Shown: in pieces, positions 1-8,785 of the stretch
Layout: each line of letters begins with the position of its first letter
Numbering within the stretch: the stretch's first letter is position 1
Origin: a virus
Virus record (IMG/VR): IMGVR_UViG_3300014208_000033
Span: 1-64,000 of that record
DNA length: 64,000 bases
Reading direction: 5' to 3' (one strand)
Position numbers and translations under genes: made by a program
Notes under the pieces: model-generated
What the model was told of the DNA's origin: nothing
What the model saw: the letters and a program-made list of their open reading frames with translations, nothing else
Database searches by the model: none

Positions 1-23
1 CGAGCCGAGCCGAGCCGAGCCGA
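1..23. repeat. (CGAGC)n pentanucleotide tandem repeat at the window start
   Basis: cgagc x4 plus cga, read directly. Confidence 0.9.
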
Positions 24-151
24 CGCTCCAGGTAAGCGTATGAGACGCTCATGGTACCCTGGAGCGGTCGCACTAGGTCGCGACCTTGATACCTTGCCAT
101 AAGCGTATGGCAAGATTGCCATGCCTATCGGCATCCATCGACACATGGGCA

Positions 152-185
152 TAAAAAAACCCTTACGAAAATTCGTAAGGGTTTT
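152..185 (-). terminator. Hairpin/terminator whose apex is a copy of the 16-bp palindrome
   Basis: AAAACCC-TTACGAAAATTCGTAA-GGGTTTT, with a U-tract after the hairpin on the - strand, downstream of 206..403. Confidence 0.7.
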
Positions 186-205
186 GTCGCTTGCTACCCT
201 GGAGC

Positions 206-403
206 CTAGAACGGTATCGCCACCATGCGCCAAACATCGGCCACGAAAGCGGCGAGACAGATGCTACCAGAAACCAAACCAAGCAAACCAAGCAAAATGA
301 ACATGCCATGTACCATGCTATCGCCGGGCTCCCTCTCCGCACGAGCCCGATAGCAGTAGTCAAAACTTTGTGTCCTGGAACGTACCATCGACCGTAGCAC
401 CAT
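206..403 (-). CDS. Small membrane protein
   Basis: GGGAGG RBS 7 nt before ATG; hydrophobic C-terminal segment. Confidence 0.6.
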   Translation of the reverse strand: MVLRSMVRSRTQSFDYCYRARAEREPGDSMVHGMFILLGLLGLVSGSICLAAFVADVWRMVAIPF

Positions 404-444
404 ACGATTGCCTCCCGATTCTGAATCACTCTACACTAGATGCA

Positions 445-503
445 AAAACCCTGATACCTTGCATCGTATGATGGCATCATAGGATTGCAAGATATCAGGG
501 TTT
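445..503 (-). terminator. Long imperfect hairpin (terminator or RNase III-type processing stem)
   Basis: AAAACCCTGATACCTTGCA...TGCAAGATATCAGGGTTTT inverted repeat between two leftward genes. Confidence 0.65.
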
Positions 504-524
504 TACTCATTTGATTTGCTTTTG

Positions 525-1169
525 TTACTTACCCTTACCCTTATGCTCCTTCGGCTCCAGGGACGAAACCCGGAAGTCCCGGATCTGTACCGTCTGGACA
601 GGCGTGATACCGTCCTCCTGCGCAGGACCGTATCCCACGGCGTACATGCTACCATCGGACAGCTTGAGCACTCGGGCCGTGTCACCCGCACTCCCGACGA
701 GAACGACCGGCGCCGACATCGACGGAACGGCCACCTTGATCAACGTGGACACGTCCCGGCCCTTGCCGCGCTTCCGATACGTCATGGTTTCGTCGCACGG
801 GCTCCAGGACAGATGCAAGGCGCCAGCGACGATGTTACCGAGTACCGCCATGGCGTTTTGCAGCGCCCGATCCAGCAGCGTCCGTCCCTCGCGACCTTCG
901 GACTTCCTGAACGTCAGGTACGCGCGTACCGCTACTTCAGGACCGAAACCTGCATCCTTCGGAACGGCCACGATCATGTCGGGGCCAGCGGAGGCGATCA
1001 GCATCGTCGTCGCCGCCTTGCCCACGGCCAGTCCGTCCGTGACGCTGATTAGCGTCACGCGATCCTTGATCGATTCCCAGGTCTTGCGCGGCGCGCGATC
1101 CTTCTTTTCCTTGGTCGCGTCGTTCGTCGCGTCGTTCGTTTCCTGAGCCTGAGCCGTAATCTTAGCCAT
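525..1169 (-). CDS. Hypothetical protein, 214 aa, GC-rich codon usage
   Basis: Long ORF with a GGAAGGA RBS and natural-looking composition. Confidence 0.75.
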   Translation of the reverse strand: MAKITAQAQETNDATNDATKEKKDRAPRKTWESIKDRVTLISVTDGLAVGKAATTMLIASAGPDMIVAVPKDAGFGPEVAVRAYLTFRKSEGREGRTLLDRALQNAMAVLGNIVAGALHLSWSPCDETMTYRKRGKGRDVSTLIKVAVPSMSAPVVLVGSAGDTARVLKLSDGSMYAVGYGPAQEDGITPVQTVQIRDFRVSSLEPKEHKGKGK

Positions 1170-1240
1170 GTTCCACTATCCTTCCGTTCCGTTCGATTTA
1201 GTCGTTTTGCTAAATCGATTTACTCTCTCACATGATGCAA

Positions 1241-1269
1241 AAAACCAAGCTTAGATCAAGCTTGGTTTT
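1241..1269 (-). terminator. Hairpin AAAACCAAGCTT-AGATC-AAGCTTGGTTTT
   Basis: Perfect 12-bp stem with A/T tracts. Confidence 0.65.
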
Positions 1270-1837
1270 ATTGGTTTGGTTTACGGTACAGTCTACAATC
1301 GGCATCGACGGTCGATACCTCAGTAGACTTGATCTACCAGTAAACCTATTCGCATTTTCAATGATCCTTGCCTAGCCGTGCCGCCCCTCCAGGGGACATG
1401 CTCGGGTCGGACAGTCTTACTCTATCCAAGATGCATGCCAGATTCAGAATTTTCGTAATAACGGCTCCAGGAGCGCATCCATTACCCTGTTACCCTGGTA
1501 TGTTAGTCTCTTTTCATCCTATCTAACACGCAAAGTCTTTTTGCCCAAAGTCTATCCTCCGCTCCAGATGCCGATTCCACCTATGCATCGCTTTATCCTA
1601 GTCTCAAACCCTAACACGGTCGATTGATCCTATCACTCTACCCTATAGCCTATCCTGGAGCGCATCTAGCATCAGGCTCAAATTGTCCTACGTCTTACTT
1701 GCCGATACCCTTTGCGCCACTATGAGACTAGTCTAACACGATGCTAACATCGGCAGTTTTATTGTATCCTTTATCTTAAGAGACTCAAGCCCATGGCGTA
1801 GTATCCTCCGGCTCCAGGAAGCGCATCTAGCACCATA

Positions 1838-2007
1838 GTAACGTTCCGTTACCTCGTTTGTAACGATCCATGACTTCCTACATATATAGTAACGTTCCGT
1901 TACCTTGATCCTATCACATGTAACGTTCCATGACCTTACTTGTAACGATCCATGACCAACTGTTTCTTTTGTATTGTTCCGTTACTTGTCATGTCACGTT
2001 CCGTTAC
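1838..2007. repeat. Array of seven 15-bp repeats GTAACG(T/A)TCC(G/A)T(T/G)AC, iteron/operator-like
   Basis: Copies start at 1838, 1860, 1889, 1920, 1942, 1971 and 1993. Confidence 0.9.
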
Positions 2008-2553
2008 CTATCAAGTTTTGACTATCAATAGTTGACACTACCATCATTTTCTGATACCTAAGCTCATTTCTGGAGCCTACTTATCACGCAAAGACTCATG
2101 GCCATTCCTACCTCCGCTTATCAAATTTCGCTTGATCCTATCATGATTCTGGCATAGTTATTGAAACCCGCTTCACTACTGGATTCTTCTCCAGAATCGA
2201 TTATCTAGGGTGTCATGGTGTCCTAGTACCTTTGAGCCTGCTAATGCTTCTCAGTGTAACCTGGAGCGTTTACGGGCATGGCTTGCATGAATAGCGATTC
2301 TGATACTGATAGCATCACGCAAAGGTATCACTACTGCAACAATTCCGAATTTTCGTAATGTGGCATCACGTTTGCTTGCTACCCTTTGCGTGATTCTACA
2401 ACGGTAAGATTCTTGTGTGCTAGATTTTGAAAATAGTTGATCTATTTGATCAATTGTAATCCTGGAGCCTAATCTCAATACAACATGCGATCTAATTTCA
2501 ATGCCGAAACGCCACCCTATTGCGATTCACGCATAGAGTGGAGGTAGTTGAAA

Positions 2554-2646
2554 ATGAGCAAGCTGCTAGAGGCAATCGCAACTGGCGCCGCTCCTTGCAT
2601 CGGCATCCTGGTAGGTTACTGGATCGCTAACGGCTTTACGTTCTAA
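2554..2646 (+). CDS. 30-aa hydrophobic peptide MSKLLEAIATGAAPCIGILVGYWIANGFTF
   Basis: GGAGG RBS; below the ORF-track size cutoff. Confidence 0.55.
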   Translation: MSKLLEAIATGAAPCIGILVGYWIANGFTF

Positions 2647-2664
2647 CAGAGAGGCAAAGGCAAC

Positions 2665-2868
2665 ATGATCAAGGGTTACAAGCTCGTCACTAGCACTAGC
2701 ACCATAGTCTACTGCGCCGATGCGTCTATCGTGCGGCAGGCTCAGGCCGACGGCCTGCTAGGCGAGGTACAGAAGCATGGCGCCATGATAGGGTACGACA
2801 TACGCGCGCGCCGTCCCGTAGCAGTAGTGTGCGTCGGGGCAGATATCTATGTGAAGTATGGCCGATAG
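2665..2868 (+). CDS. Hypothetical protein, 67 aa
   Basis: GAGG/AAGG upstream; followed by a hairpin at ~2891-2918. Confidence 0.6.
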   Translation: MIKGYKLVTSTSTIVYCADASIVRQAQADGLLGEVQKHGAMIGYDIRARRPVAVVCVGADIYVKYGR

Positions 2869-3193
2869 ACTCTAGCACTCTACTACCCTGGAGCCCATGC
2901 CTACAGAGGCATGGGCTTCTTGCGTTCCAGGGACCAAGCAAGCGCAAGGGTACTAGCCATGCCTAGTGCTAGGTAGGTCGCGCCAACATGACGCTAGCGT
3001 GAGGCAACCTGGAGCGCGCAAGATGGTACGTCACGCGTAGGCTCCAGGGTACTAGCACCATGAGACGCTGGCCCATGGGCATGGCGTAGTGTCACGCGTG
3101 ACCCTGGAGCTGAGGTACGCCTAGCACCCATGCGTACCAGCCTAGCAAGTAACGAGCCATGATGGACTATTTCATGAACTAATGGACATGTGT

Positions 3194-3335
3194 GGAGGCA
3201 GGTGATCAACGCACAGTTTGGTTTTTTTTCGACTTTCCGAATCATTCGTAATCTATAGCGTTAAGGGTAAGGAAACAGGTTATCAGCGCACAGTTGAGTA
3301 AATTTTGGTTCTTCAGAAACGTTCGTAAACTGTAG
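3194..3335. repeat. Two imperfect direct repeats (period ~77 bp), each ending in a 17-bp variant of the dispersed palindrome
   Basis: CAGGT(G/T)ATCA(A/G)CGCACAGTT...TTCCGAATCATTCGTAA / TTCAGAAACGTTCGTAA. Confidence 0.75.
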
Positions 3336-3392
3336 AGATAAGGGTAGACTAATAGGATTTCGAGATGCGAGAAGTGAAATTTTTTTGGGTAT

Positions 3393-3431
3393 AAAAAACC
3401 CTCCGTTCCGAAAATTCGGAATACGGAGGGT
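3393..3431 (-). terminator. Rho-independent terminator of the leftward block, built around the palindrome
   Basis: - strand CCCTCCGTA-TTCCGAATTTTCGGAA-CGGAGGG followed by TTTTTT, just after the MTase stop. Confidence 0.8.
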
Positions 3432-3440
3432 GTATAGTAT

Positions 3441-4031
3441 CTAGCCCCATTGTGAAGCCATGGCATTTGCGATACCTTGGAAAGTTCTTGACCTGACTCT
3501 CTCTCTCTCAGCTTTTGGTAACTTGAACGATTGATTATACCAGGATTGCATACAAGCACCTGAGGAGAAGATTTCAGTCTTACCTTTGGAGACTATCTTA
3601 GTAGGGGTTAGGAGTGGAAGATTCTTGAGCCAGAGACAGGTACGCTTAGAGAATGGTTCACCAAACATGTAAGGATGAATGATTTGGTCGGGGCGGCGAT
3701 AGAGTCTGTTCATTATACCTACAGGGTTCTCTATAGCGATCTTGTGGCAAGGATGAGTAGTGAAGAGACGAAAGAATTTGATAGCGTCTATCTGAAGACG
3801 TTGTTTTGAGATGAACCATCTTGCGCCAGAGACAGCTAAGTGAGTGCATGGCGGGAAAGCGATTATGAGATCCCAGGAGATATGTAAGAGATCCTGAACT
3901 GGACCTTGATAATGCCACTCGGGATGAGATCCTGAGGTTGGGAGAAGATCACAGGAGTAGGCACGACGACCTCTCTTACGGAATGCTTCTGTTACACGTT
4001 GAGACTCTTCACATGCTATTAGGATTTTGAT
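3441..4031 (-). CDS. Phage-type C5 DNA cytosine methyltransferase with apparent ATC start
   Basis: Open frame IKILIACEESQ...AYSCDLLP...AFPPCTHL...IAIENPVG continues into track ORF 3441..3713 (KRTCLWLKNLP...RSRTFQGIANAMASQWG); TAAGGAGG lies 7 nt before ATC at 4031. Confidence 0.85.
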   Translation of the reverse strand: MKILIACEESQRVTEAFRKRGRRAYSCDLLPTSGSHPEWHYQGPVQDLLHISWDLIIAFPPCTHLAVSGARWFISKQRLQIDAIKFFRLFTTHPCHKIAIENPVGIMNRLYRRPDQIIHPYMFGEPFSKRTCLWLKNLPLLTPTKIVSKGKTEIFSSGACMQSWYNQSFKLPKAERERVRSRTFQGIANAMASQWG

Positions 4032-4156
4032 AGTGTAGCCTCCTTAGTTATAAAAAAGCCTCTCCAGGGGGAAAGGCTTTGTTACGGTTAGTAGGTGTGT
4101 CTCTTTCAGATGTTGGGCACACCATAACCTATGTAGAGTCTGATGATCAGTCAGAC

Positions 4157-4435
4157 TTAACACTCTTGCGATTGCTTCTTCGTGTAGAAAACGTGAACAG
4201 TAGCATGACGATCAGTTGGATCGACTTGCTTAGGGTCGAGAACGGCTATAAGGGTTCCGTCACCTGAGTCATCTACGAATAGCTTACCTGGACCATCATC
4301 CCAGCCTTCGTATACTTCATCTGGAGACTTGTAAGAGTCGATGAGAGTAAAGAGTTCATCGGTTGTGAGTTGATTGCCAGAGTGAGGGAGAAGAGAACGA
4401 AGTTCTTGCAGACGCTTCTTTGAGATTTTAGTCAT
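4157..4435 (-). CDS. Hypothetical protein
   Basis: Coupled to the upstream ORF. Confidence 0.65.
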   Translation of the reverse strand: MTKISKKRLQELRSLLPHSGNQLTTDELFTLIDSYKSPDEVYEGWDDGPGKLFVDDSGDGTLIAVLDPKQVDPTDRHATVHVFYTKKQSQEC

Positions 4436-4755
4436 TAGCTTGACCCTTTGCGAGTAAGTTCAAGATCGGTTTGAGTCTTGAGTAGAGCGGTAAGAGCGTT
4501 TTTGTAGAAGCTGTATTGATAGCCATAAGGATACATCGAAGAGACTCTTTCTTGAAGAGAGACGAGGAGACGCGGGAGAAAATAGCGCATACGCTGAACC
4601 TCAAGCTGTTCAGTCCAGTGTTCTCCTGTAGTGAAGAGGAGCGGGTCTTCTGGTTTAAGATGTGTAAATTCAGATAACCCACAGTCACACACCATCACTG
4701 GGCCACTTGAGAAGCCAGTCGATAGACTTCCGCATCTAGGGCATTGGATGATCAT
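4435..4755 (-). CDS. Zn-ribbon hypothetical protein
   Basis: CPRC...CDC; stop/start overlaps. Confidence 0.65.
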   Translation of the reverse strand: MIIQCPRCGSLSTGFSSGPVMVCDCGLSEFTHLKPEDPLLFTTGEHWTEQLEVQRMRYFLPRLLVSLQERVSSMYPYGYQYSFYKNALTALLKTQTDLELTRKGSS

Positions 4756-4929
4756 GAGTTAGAGTCCTTTGCGATTTTCCTGATGGTGAGGTCATAACCG
4801 GAGAAGCAGCCGCCTGCCCAACAGATAGCAGACCTCTTATCTATCTGAGGTAAGAGGTAGCACTCAGGTGTGACACCGGGAAGCTTGTGGGCTGCTGAGT
4901 ATTCACAGTTGATGCATTCGACCCACTGT

Positions 4930-5244
4930 TTACGCTTTGGCATTAGGTTTTGAGTCCTTGAGGTAGTGCAACCACTTGTTATAGAGAGTGTGAAGAGGGA
5001 TAGGAGCATAGTTGTATCTAGCAAGCATTTCGATAGACTGTTTGATCGTATTAGCCATCTCGGTTGCGATAGGGATGATGGCTTCCAGGTTGACCTTGTG
5101 CTGGCACTCAGGGCAGAAAGGAGACTCAGCTATTTTGGCTAAGGTGAGAAGAACTTGTGCGTCCTTAGATGAGATTTTTATCCAGTCACATTTAGATGCC
5201 TCAGTGAGTTTAGATATGAGCGACTTAGAGATTCTAGGATTCAT
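4930..5244 (-). CDS. Hypothetical protein with CxxC
   Basis: ATGA overlap with the upstream gene. Confidence 0.6.
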   Translation of the reverse strand: MNPRISKSLISKLTEASKCDWIKISSKDAQVLLTLAKIAESPFCPECQHKVNLEAIIPIATEMANTIKQSIEMLARYNYAPIPLHTLYNKWLHYLKDSKPNAKA

Positions 5245-5438
5245 TTTTCTAATCCTTCGTGTCTGATTTCGAGGAGACGTAAGCGGGCATGGAAATTTTG
5301 AACTTGCTCATTTCCTATTCGCTCATCTTGACGCACTCTTCGTTTGAGATCATCAACCTCACAAGAGGTCATTAGACAGTACATGATGAAAAATACTGCC
5401 ATGCATCCAATAGGATGATCGTGTTTCTCAACGCTCAT
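5241..5438 (-). CDS. Small membrane or lipoprotein-like protein
   Basis: Hydrophobic segment followed by a coiled region; overlaps neighbours. Confidence 0.55.
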   Translation of the reverse strand: MSVEKHDHPIGCMAVFFIMYCLMTSCEVDDLKRRVRQDERIGNEQVQNFHARLRLLEIRHEGLEK

Positions 5439-5665
5439 TTCTTATTCACTCTCTCTATGAACTTACACCAAGCAACGCCTTCGATCCAAGCTGTAGCTTC
5501 ATCGGCTGTATAGAATTGCTTGATTGGTCCTGAGGTGAGTTCGGGCCAATGACCATCAGCCTTAGCTATTGAGATATAGTGCCCGTCTATGTAAGCGGTG
5601 AAACCGTTATGCTCTGCTGTCTGCTTAAGACACTCATAAATGAAACAGTCCTTTGCGCTAGTCAT
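5435..5665 (-). CDS. Hypothetical protein
   Basis: ATGA overlap. Confidence 0.65.
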   Translation of the reverse strand: MTSAKDCFIYECLKQTAEHNGFTAYIDGHYISIAKADGHWPELTSGPIKQFYTADEATAWIEGVAWCKFIERVNKK

Positions 5666-6018
5666 TTCTTAACCTCATTGATTAGGCGCCTAACTACCTC
5701 GTTATGTCGATCACGGAACCACTTCAGAGCAGCGTCAATCTTTCGCTTAGTGGGCTCAAACATGAAAAGCCACCCCTCACCTTTGCGGTCAGGTCTTTCT
5801 TTTTCGTTGCGAATAGCGAGTTCTATTGAAGCAGAGGCGTCAAGCAACATGCCTAGCGCACCTGGGATATGTTTGAATACCATCTCAAGTGCTTCTTCAT
5901 CAGATCCAGCCGCATGTCCGTAGTAACCACAGTTGTCACATTGATATTGATGATGACCAGCAGAATAAGCAATTCGTGTTTCACCGCTCCAGCACACAGG
6001 GCACTGAGGTATAGTCAT
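5662..6018 (-). CDS. Zn-finger protein with a Lar (restriction alleviation)-like N-terminus
   Basis: PQCPVC...YQCDNCG...EEALE pattern. Confidence 0.5.
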   Translation of the reverse strand: MTIPQCPVCWSGETRIAYSAGHHQYQCDNCGYYGHAAGSDEEALEMVFKHIPGALGMLLDASASIELAIRNEKERPDRKGEGWLFMFEPTKRKIDAALKWFRDRHNEVVRRLINEVKK

Positions 6019-6329
6019 TCGTTACTCGCATATCCAGTTACGGTGACGTGAAGTTGATCGCCATAGTTCAATTTCTGTGTTAGAAGATAAGTGAAATTAG
6101 GATCATCGTCTTGACGAAGAACTTCTAAGATTGCATTTTCACAATCGAATGGATAACTAGGTTCTCGTTTACTTATTGTAATTTTACAACCGAATAGTTT
6201 ATGATCTTCTATTAGTTCTTTGGCTGAATTAAACATACTATCTAAAAGCTTAGGAAGAATATCTATATCAAAATCTTGAAGAGTTATATAACTATTGTAA
6301 GTCTTAAGTTCATGAAATTTCATCTGATC
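6015..6329 (-). other. Hypothetical protein region (track ORF 6015..6371; true start uncertain)
   Basis: ORF packed between neighbours; probable start MKFHEL near 6320. Confidence 0.45.
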
Positions 6330-6564
6330 CACCCTTACAAAGATCCTCATAGGTTTTGATAAGTGCTTCAAGTTGTTCTTTAGGAAGAGTATACCCGTAA
6401 ACTATATAGTGATTGAGTTGATCTCTCAGATCGTTAGCAGCTTTTTGTAGAGTGCGATAAGGACACGAATCCATGTTCTTAGGTTGCTCATCGCTTGTGA
6501 TCTCATCTAATGCTTTGCATTCAAACTCATAACAACAGCGTGACATGTCAGTATGTTTACTCAC
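6310..6564 (-). CDS. Hypothetical protein
   Basis: AAGGAG RBS before GTG. Confidence 0.6.
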   Translation of the reverse strand: MSKHTDMSRCCYEFECKALDEITSDEQPKNMDSCPYRTLQKAANDLRDQLNHYIVYGYTLPKEQLEALIKTYEDLCKGGSDEIS

Positions 6565-6789
6565 CTAGCACTCCTTAATGTGAGACTCTTCCTCTTTAAC
6601 AGCTTCAATGACTTCCTGCATGAGCTTTTGACATGTAACTAAGATAGTTGCTATACGAAACATCTTGGTAGTGTCACTCATATTAGGGGCATCTAGGCAA
6701 CCAACGTTAGTTGCCGAAGCCATGATTTCGTTAACTCCGTCAAGAGCAGAAGAAATAGATATACTCTGATTACCAAGCTTAATCTTCAT
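6565..6789 (-). CDS. Hypothetical protein
   Basis: AAGGA RBS; operon packing. Confidence 0.6.
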   Translation of the reverse strand: MKIKLGNQSISISSALDGVNEIMASATNVGCLDAPNMSDTTKMFRIATILVTCQKLMQEVIEAVKEEESHIKEC

Positions 6790-7096
6790 TTGTTTCCTTC
6801 TTCCTGTTCTTTTCTTCTAGTTCGAGTTTCTCTAAGCGGTACTTCTGAACCATGATATCTGGATTAATGTCATGGTAGTGAACAAGTGCTTCTCTCAATT
6901 CACCGTAAAGAACATTGAGAGATTCTGCACGTCTAACCTCGCTGTTGTACCAGTCGTACAATTTGTTCTTATCGTACTCACTAACTTTTTGCTGTTGTTC
7001 AGCGTAGTTAACATATTCATAACAAATTATTCCACATATGATAAATGGTCCGACATGAAGTAAGATGTTAATTGCTGCTTGAAGTTCAACGCTCAT
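6779..7096 (-). CDS. Membrane-anchored coiled-coil protein
   Basis: N-terminal hydrophobic segment. Confidence 0.6.
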   Translation of the reverse strand: MSVELQAAINILLHVGPFIICGIICYEYVNYAEQQQKVSEYDKNKLYDWYNSEVRRAESLNVLYGELREALVHYHDINPDIMVQKYRLEKLELEEKNRKKETNED

Positions 7097-7424
7097 GTGA
7101 AAGTCTCTCCTCCATGATCTTTAACCAACGATGAGCAGCCCGATTATAACAATACCACTTGTTCAGATCGATCATATAACCAGGACCGTAATACTCATCG
7201 TAATGTGGTTCACCTTCAAGTAGTTTTTTCATCAAGAATACATTAAACTTCTGTTGCCTGATTCTTCTACTAAGAATAACAGGATGCTGCCCAGTCCAAA
7301 AGTTTCCACATTTATTACAGTACCATATCCACATTCTTCTTAGGTTGTTATGTCTAGGAAGAGAGTGAACAGGTCTACCTAGATATGAACAGGTAGTGCA
7401 TATTTCAACTTCGTCTAGGATCAT
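7086..7424 (-). CDS. Zn-ribbon hypothetical protein
   Basis: CTTC...CNKC. Confidence 0.6.
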   Translation of the reverse strand: MILDEVEICTTCSYLGRPVHSLPRHNNLRRMWIWYCNKCGNFWTGQHPVILSRRIRQQKFNVFLMKKLLEGEPHYDEYYGPGYMIDLNKWYCYNRAAHRWLKIMEERLSHER

Positions 7425-7822
7425 TCTATCTCCTTCAAGAACTCTTCAATCTCATTTTGAAGAGAAGAAGTCATATCATTAGTTAGGCACCTAACTAACA
7501 AGTTCTTAGCTTTGGTTAACTTACTAGAATCGTCGAGTTCCCACTGGCAATCCATGTTTTTACGCTGCTCTGCTGTGTAAGTATCATCACTGTGGCAACA
7601 ATCAGTTCCGCTATTTGATTCATCTCTCATCTTGGAATAGTTACAGAAACCATCGCTAGCGTCGTTCCAATATTTGCAAAAACAACACGCATCGTCCTCA
7701 TGATTTTTACATTGCTTACGTTTGATGTTACGCTGGAACCACTGAACTTCCCAGTGTTTGCATTTGTGGTTTTCCGAAATTTCGGAACCACACTTATCGC
7801 ACTTTAAGATAGATACCACCAC
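7421..7822 (-). CDS. Cys-rich hypothetical protein
   Basis: Multiple CxxC motifs. Confidence 0.6.
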   Translation of the reverse strand: MVVSILKCDKCGSEISENHKCKHWEVQWFQRNIKRKQCKNHEDDACCFCKYWNDASDGFCNYSKMRDESNSGTDCCHSDDTYTAEQRKNMDCQWELDDSSKLTKAKNLLVRCLTNDMTSSLQNEIEEFLKEIE

Positions 7823-8078
7823 CTATATTCGATACTCCACAAGAGTTCTTAATCACATCACCAACTTTAGGAACGACACCGTAACCGATCTTCTTAGTCT
7901 CTTCCATGTAGTTAGCAACATCTTGAGTAGTTCTCATAGTAACACCACAGGATTGCATCTGCTCTAACCAAACTTTGTTAGTGTCGTTCTGTCCGTCCTT
8001 CATACCAAGAGAGTAACAGATCATGCATGCTACACAAGCAAGGCATATCAGCAACAAAAGCCTGTCGCCCTCGTTCAT
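7794..8078 (-). CDS. Membrane protein
   Basis: N-terminal hydrophobic segment; likely start MNEGD coupled to the upstream stop. Confidence 0.55.
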   Translation of the reverse strand: MNEGDRLLLLICLACVACMICYSLGMKDGQNDTNKVWLEQMQSCGVTMRTTQDVANYMEETKKIGYGVVPKVGDVIKNSCGVSNIGGGIYLKVR

Positions 8079-8329
8079 TGCTGTCCAACCTTTGCGAGAC
8101 AGCACTTCTTGAACTTCTTACCAGACCCACACAAGCACTTATCATTACGCCCAGGAAGAACGTTCTTGTGGTAAGTAGACTTATGATGAACTATCTTGAC
8201 GAGTCGGTGCTTCTTAGCTGATTCACTAGAAGGAATGATCTCAATATCGTTATCTTTCTTATCTTCCACGTTAGTATCCTTGTCTCTCTTTTCTGGAACG
8301 TGTGTAAGGTTACGAATGTCAGCGTCCAC
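8075..8329 (-). CDS. SEC-C motif protein
   Basis: GRNDKCLCGSGKKFKKCC. Confidence 0.8.
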   Translation of the reverse strand: MDADIRNLTHVPEKRDKDTNVEDKKDNDIEIIPSSESAKKHRLVKIVHHKSTYHKNVLPGRNDKCLCGSGKKFKKCCLAKVGQQ

Positions 8330-8528
8330 GAGAATTCACTTTCTTACTATTCGGTTGTGACTTAGCAGCGTTAATCAAAGCTTCTTCTGGTGTACGATTT
8401 CTAGCGGAGTGTCGCCAATGATCAGAGCTACCAGTTAGCGAGCACTCCCAGTTATACTCAACAGAGTGAGATATGTACACGTCGAATTTATGACGCTTGA
8501 TGAAGTTAAGAGCCTCAATGAGTGTCAT
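8319..8528 (-). CDS. Hypothetical protein
   Basis: ATGA overlap. Confidence 0.6.
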   Translation of the reverse strand: MTLIEALNFIKRHKFDVYISHSVEYNWECSLTGSSDHWRHSARNRTPEEALINAAKSQPNSKKVNSRGR

Positions 8529-8785
8529 ACGTCATATCTCTTAACCATCAGTGATTCATAATCACTAGACAGTTGACTTCTTTTCTTCTTCCATTCATTA
8601 TAAACGGCTTGATCTGCCAACTCTCTTCTATCAACTTTCTTAAGAAGGTCAAGAACGTCGGTGAGAAGAACAAAGTATTTTTCACTAAGCTGAAGTCGTT
8701 CTTGCAGCTTAGTAACGAACTCTAGTTTCGCTTCAAACTTACTCTTCGTGTCATAGATGTAATCATTCAACTCTTCGTCAGTCAT
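8525..8785 (-). CDS. Coiled-coil hypothetical protein
   Basis: ATGA overlap. Confidence 0.6.
   Translation of the reverse strand: MTDEELNDYIYDTKSKFEAKLEFVTKLQERLQLSEKYFVLLTDVLDLLKKVDRRELADQAVYNEWKKKRSQLSSDYESLMVKRYDV

Noticed and set aside
1-23. Telomere-like terminal repeat
   Set aside because: Only about 4.6 units at the window edge; it cannot be told apart from a simple repeat or an assembly end.
511-1146. Long + strand ORFs overlapping 525..1169, and similar antisense ORFs at 13753..14406, 41777..42697 and 43278..43874
   Set aside because: Shadow ORFs opposite better-supported genes, mostly in GC-rich or codon-biased DNA, with no recognisable motifs.
1838-2007. CRISPR mini-array
   Set aside because: Repeats are only 15 bp with 7-16 bp gaps, and no cas genes are present.
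3658-3918. Frameshifted methyltransferase pseudogene
   Set aside because: Manual translation shows one uninterrupted frame from 4031 to 3441; track ORF 3658..3918 is an alternative-frame artefact.
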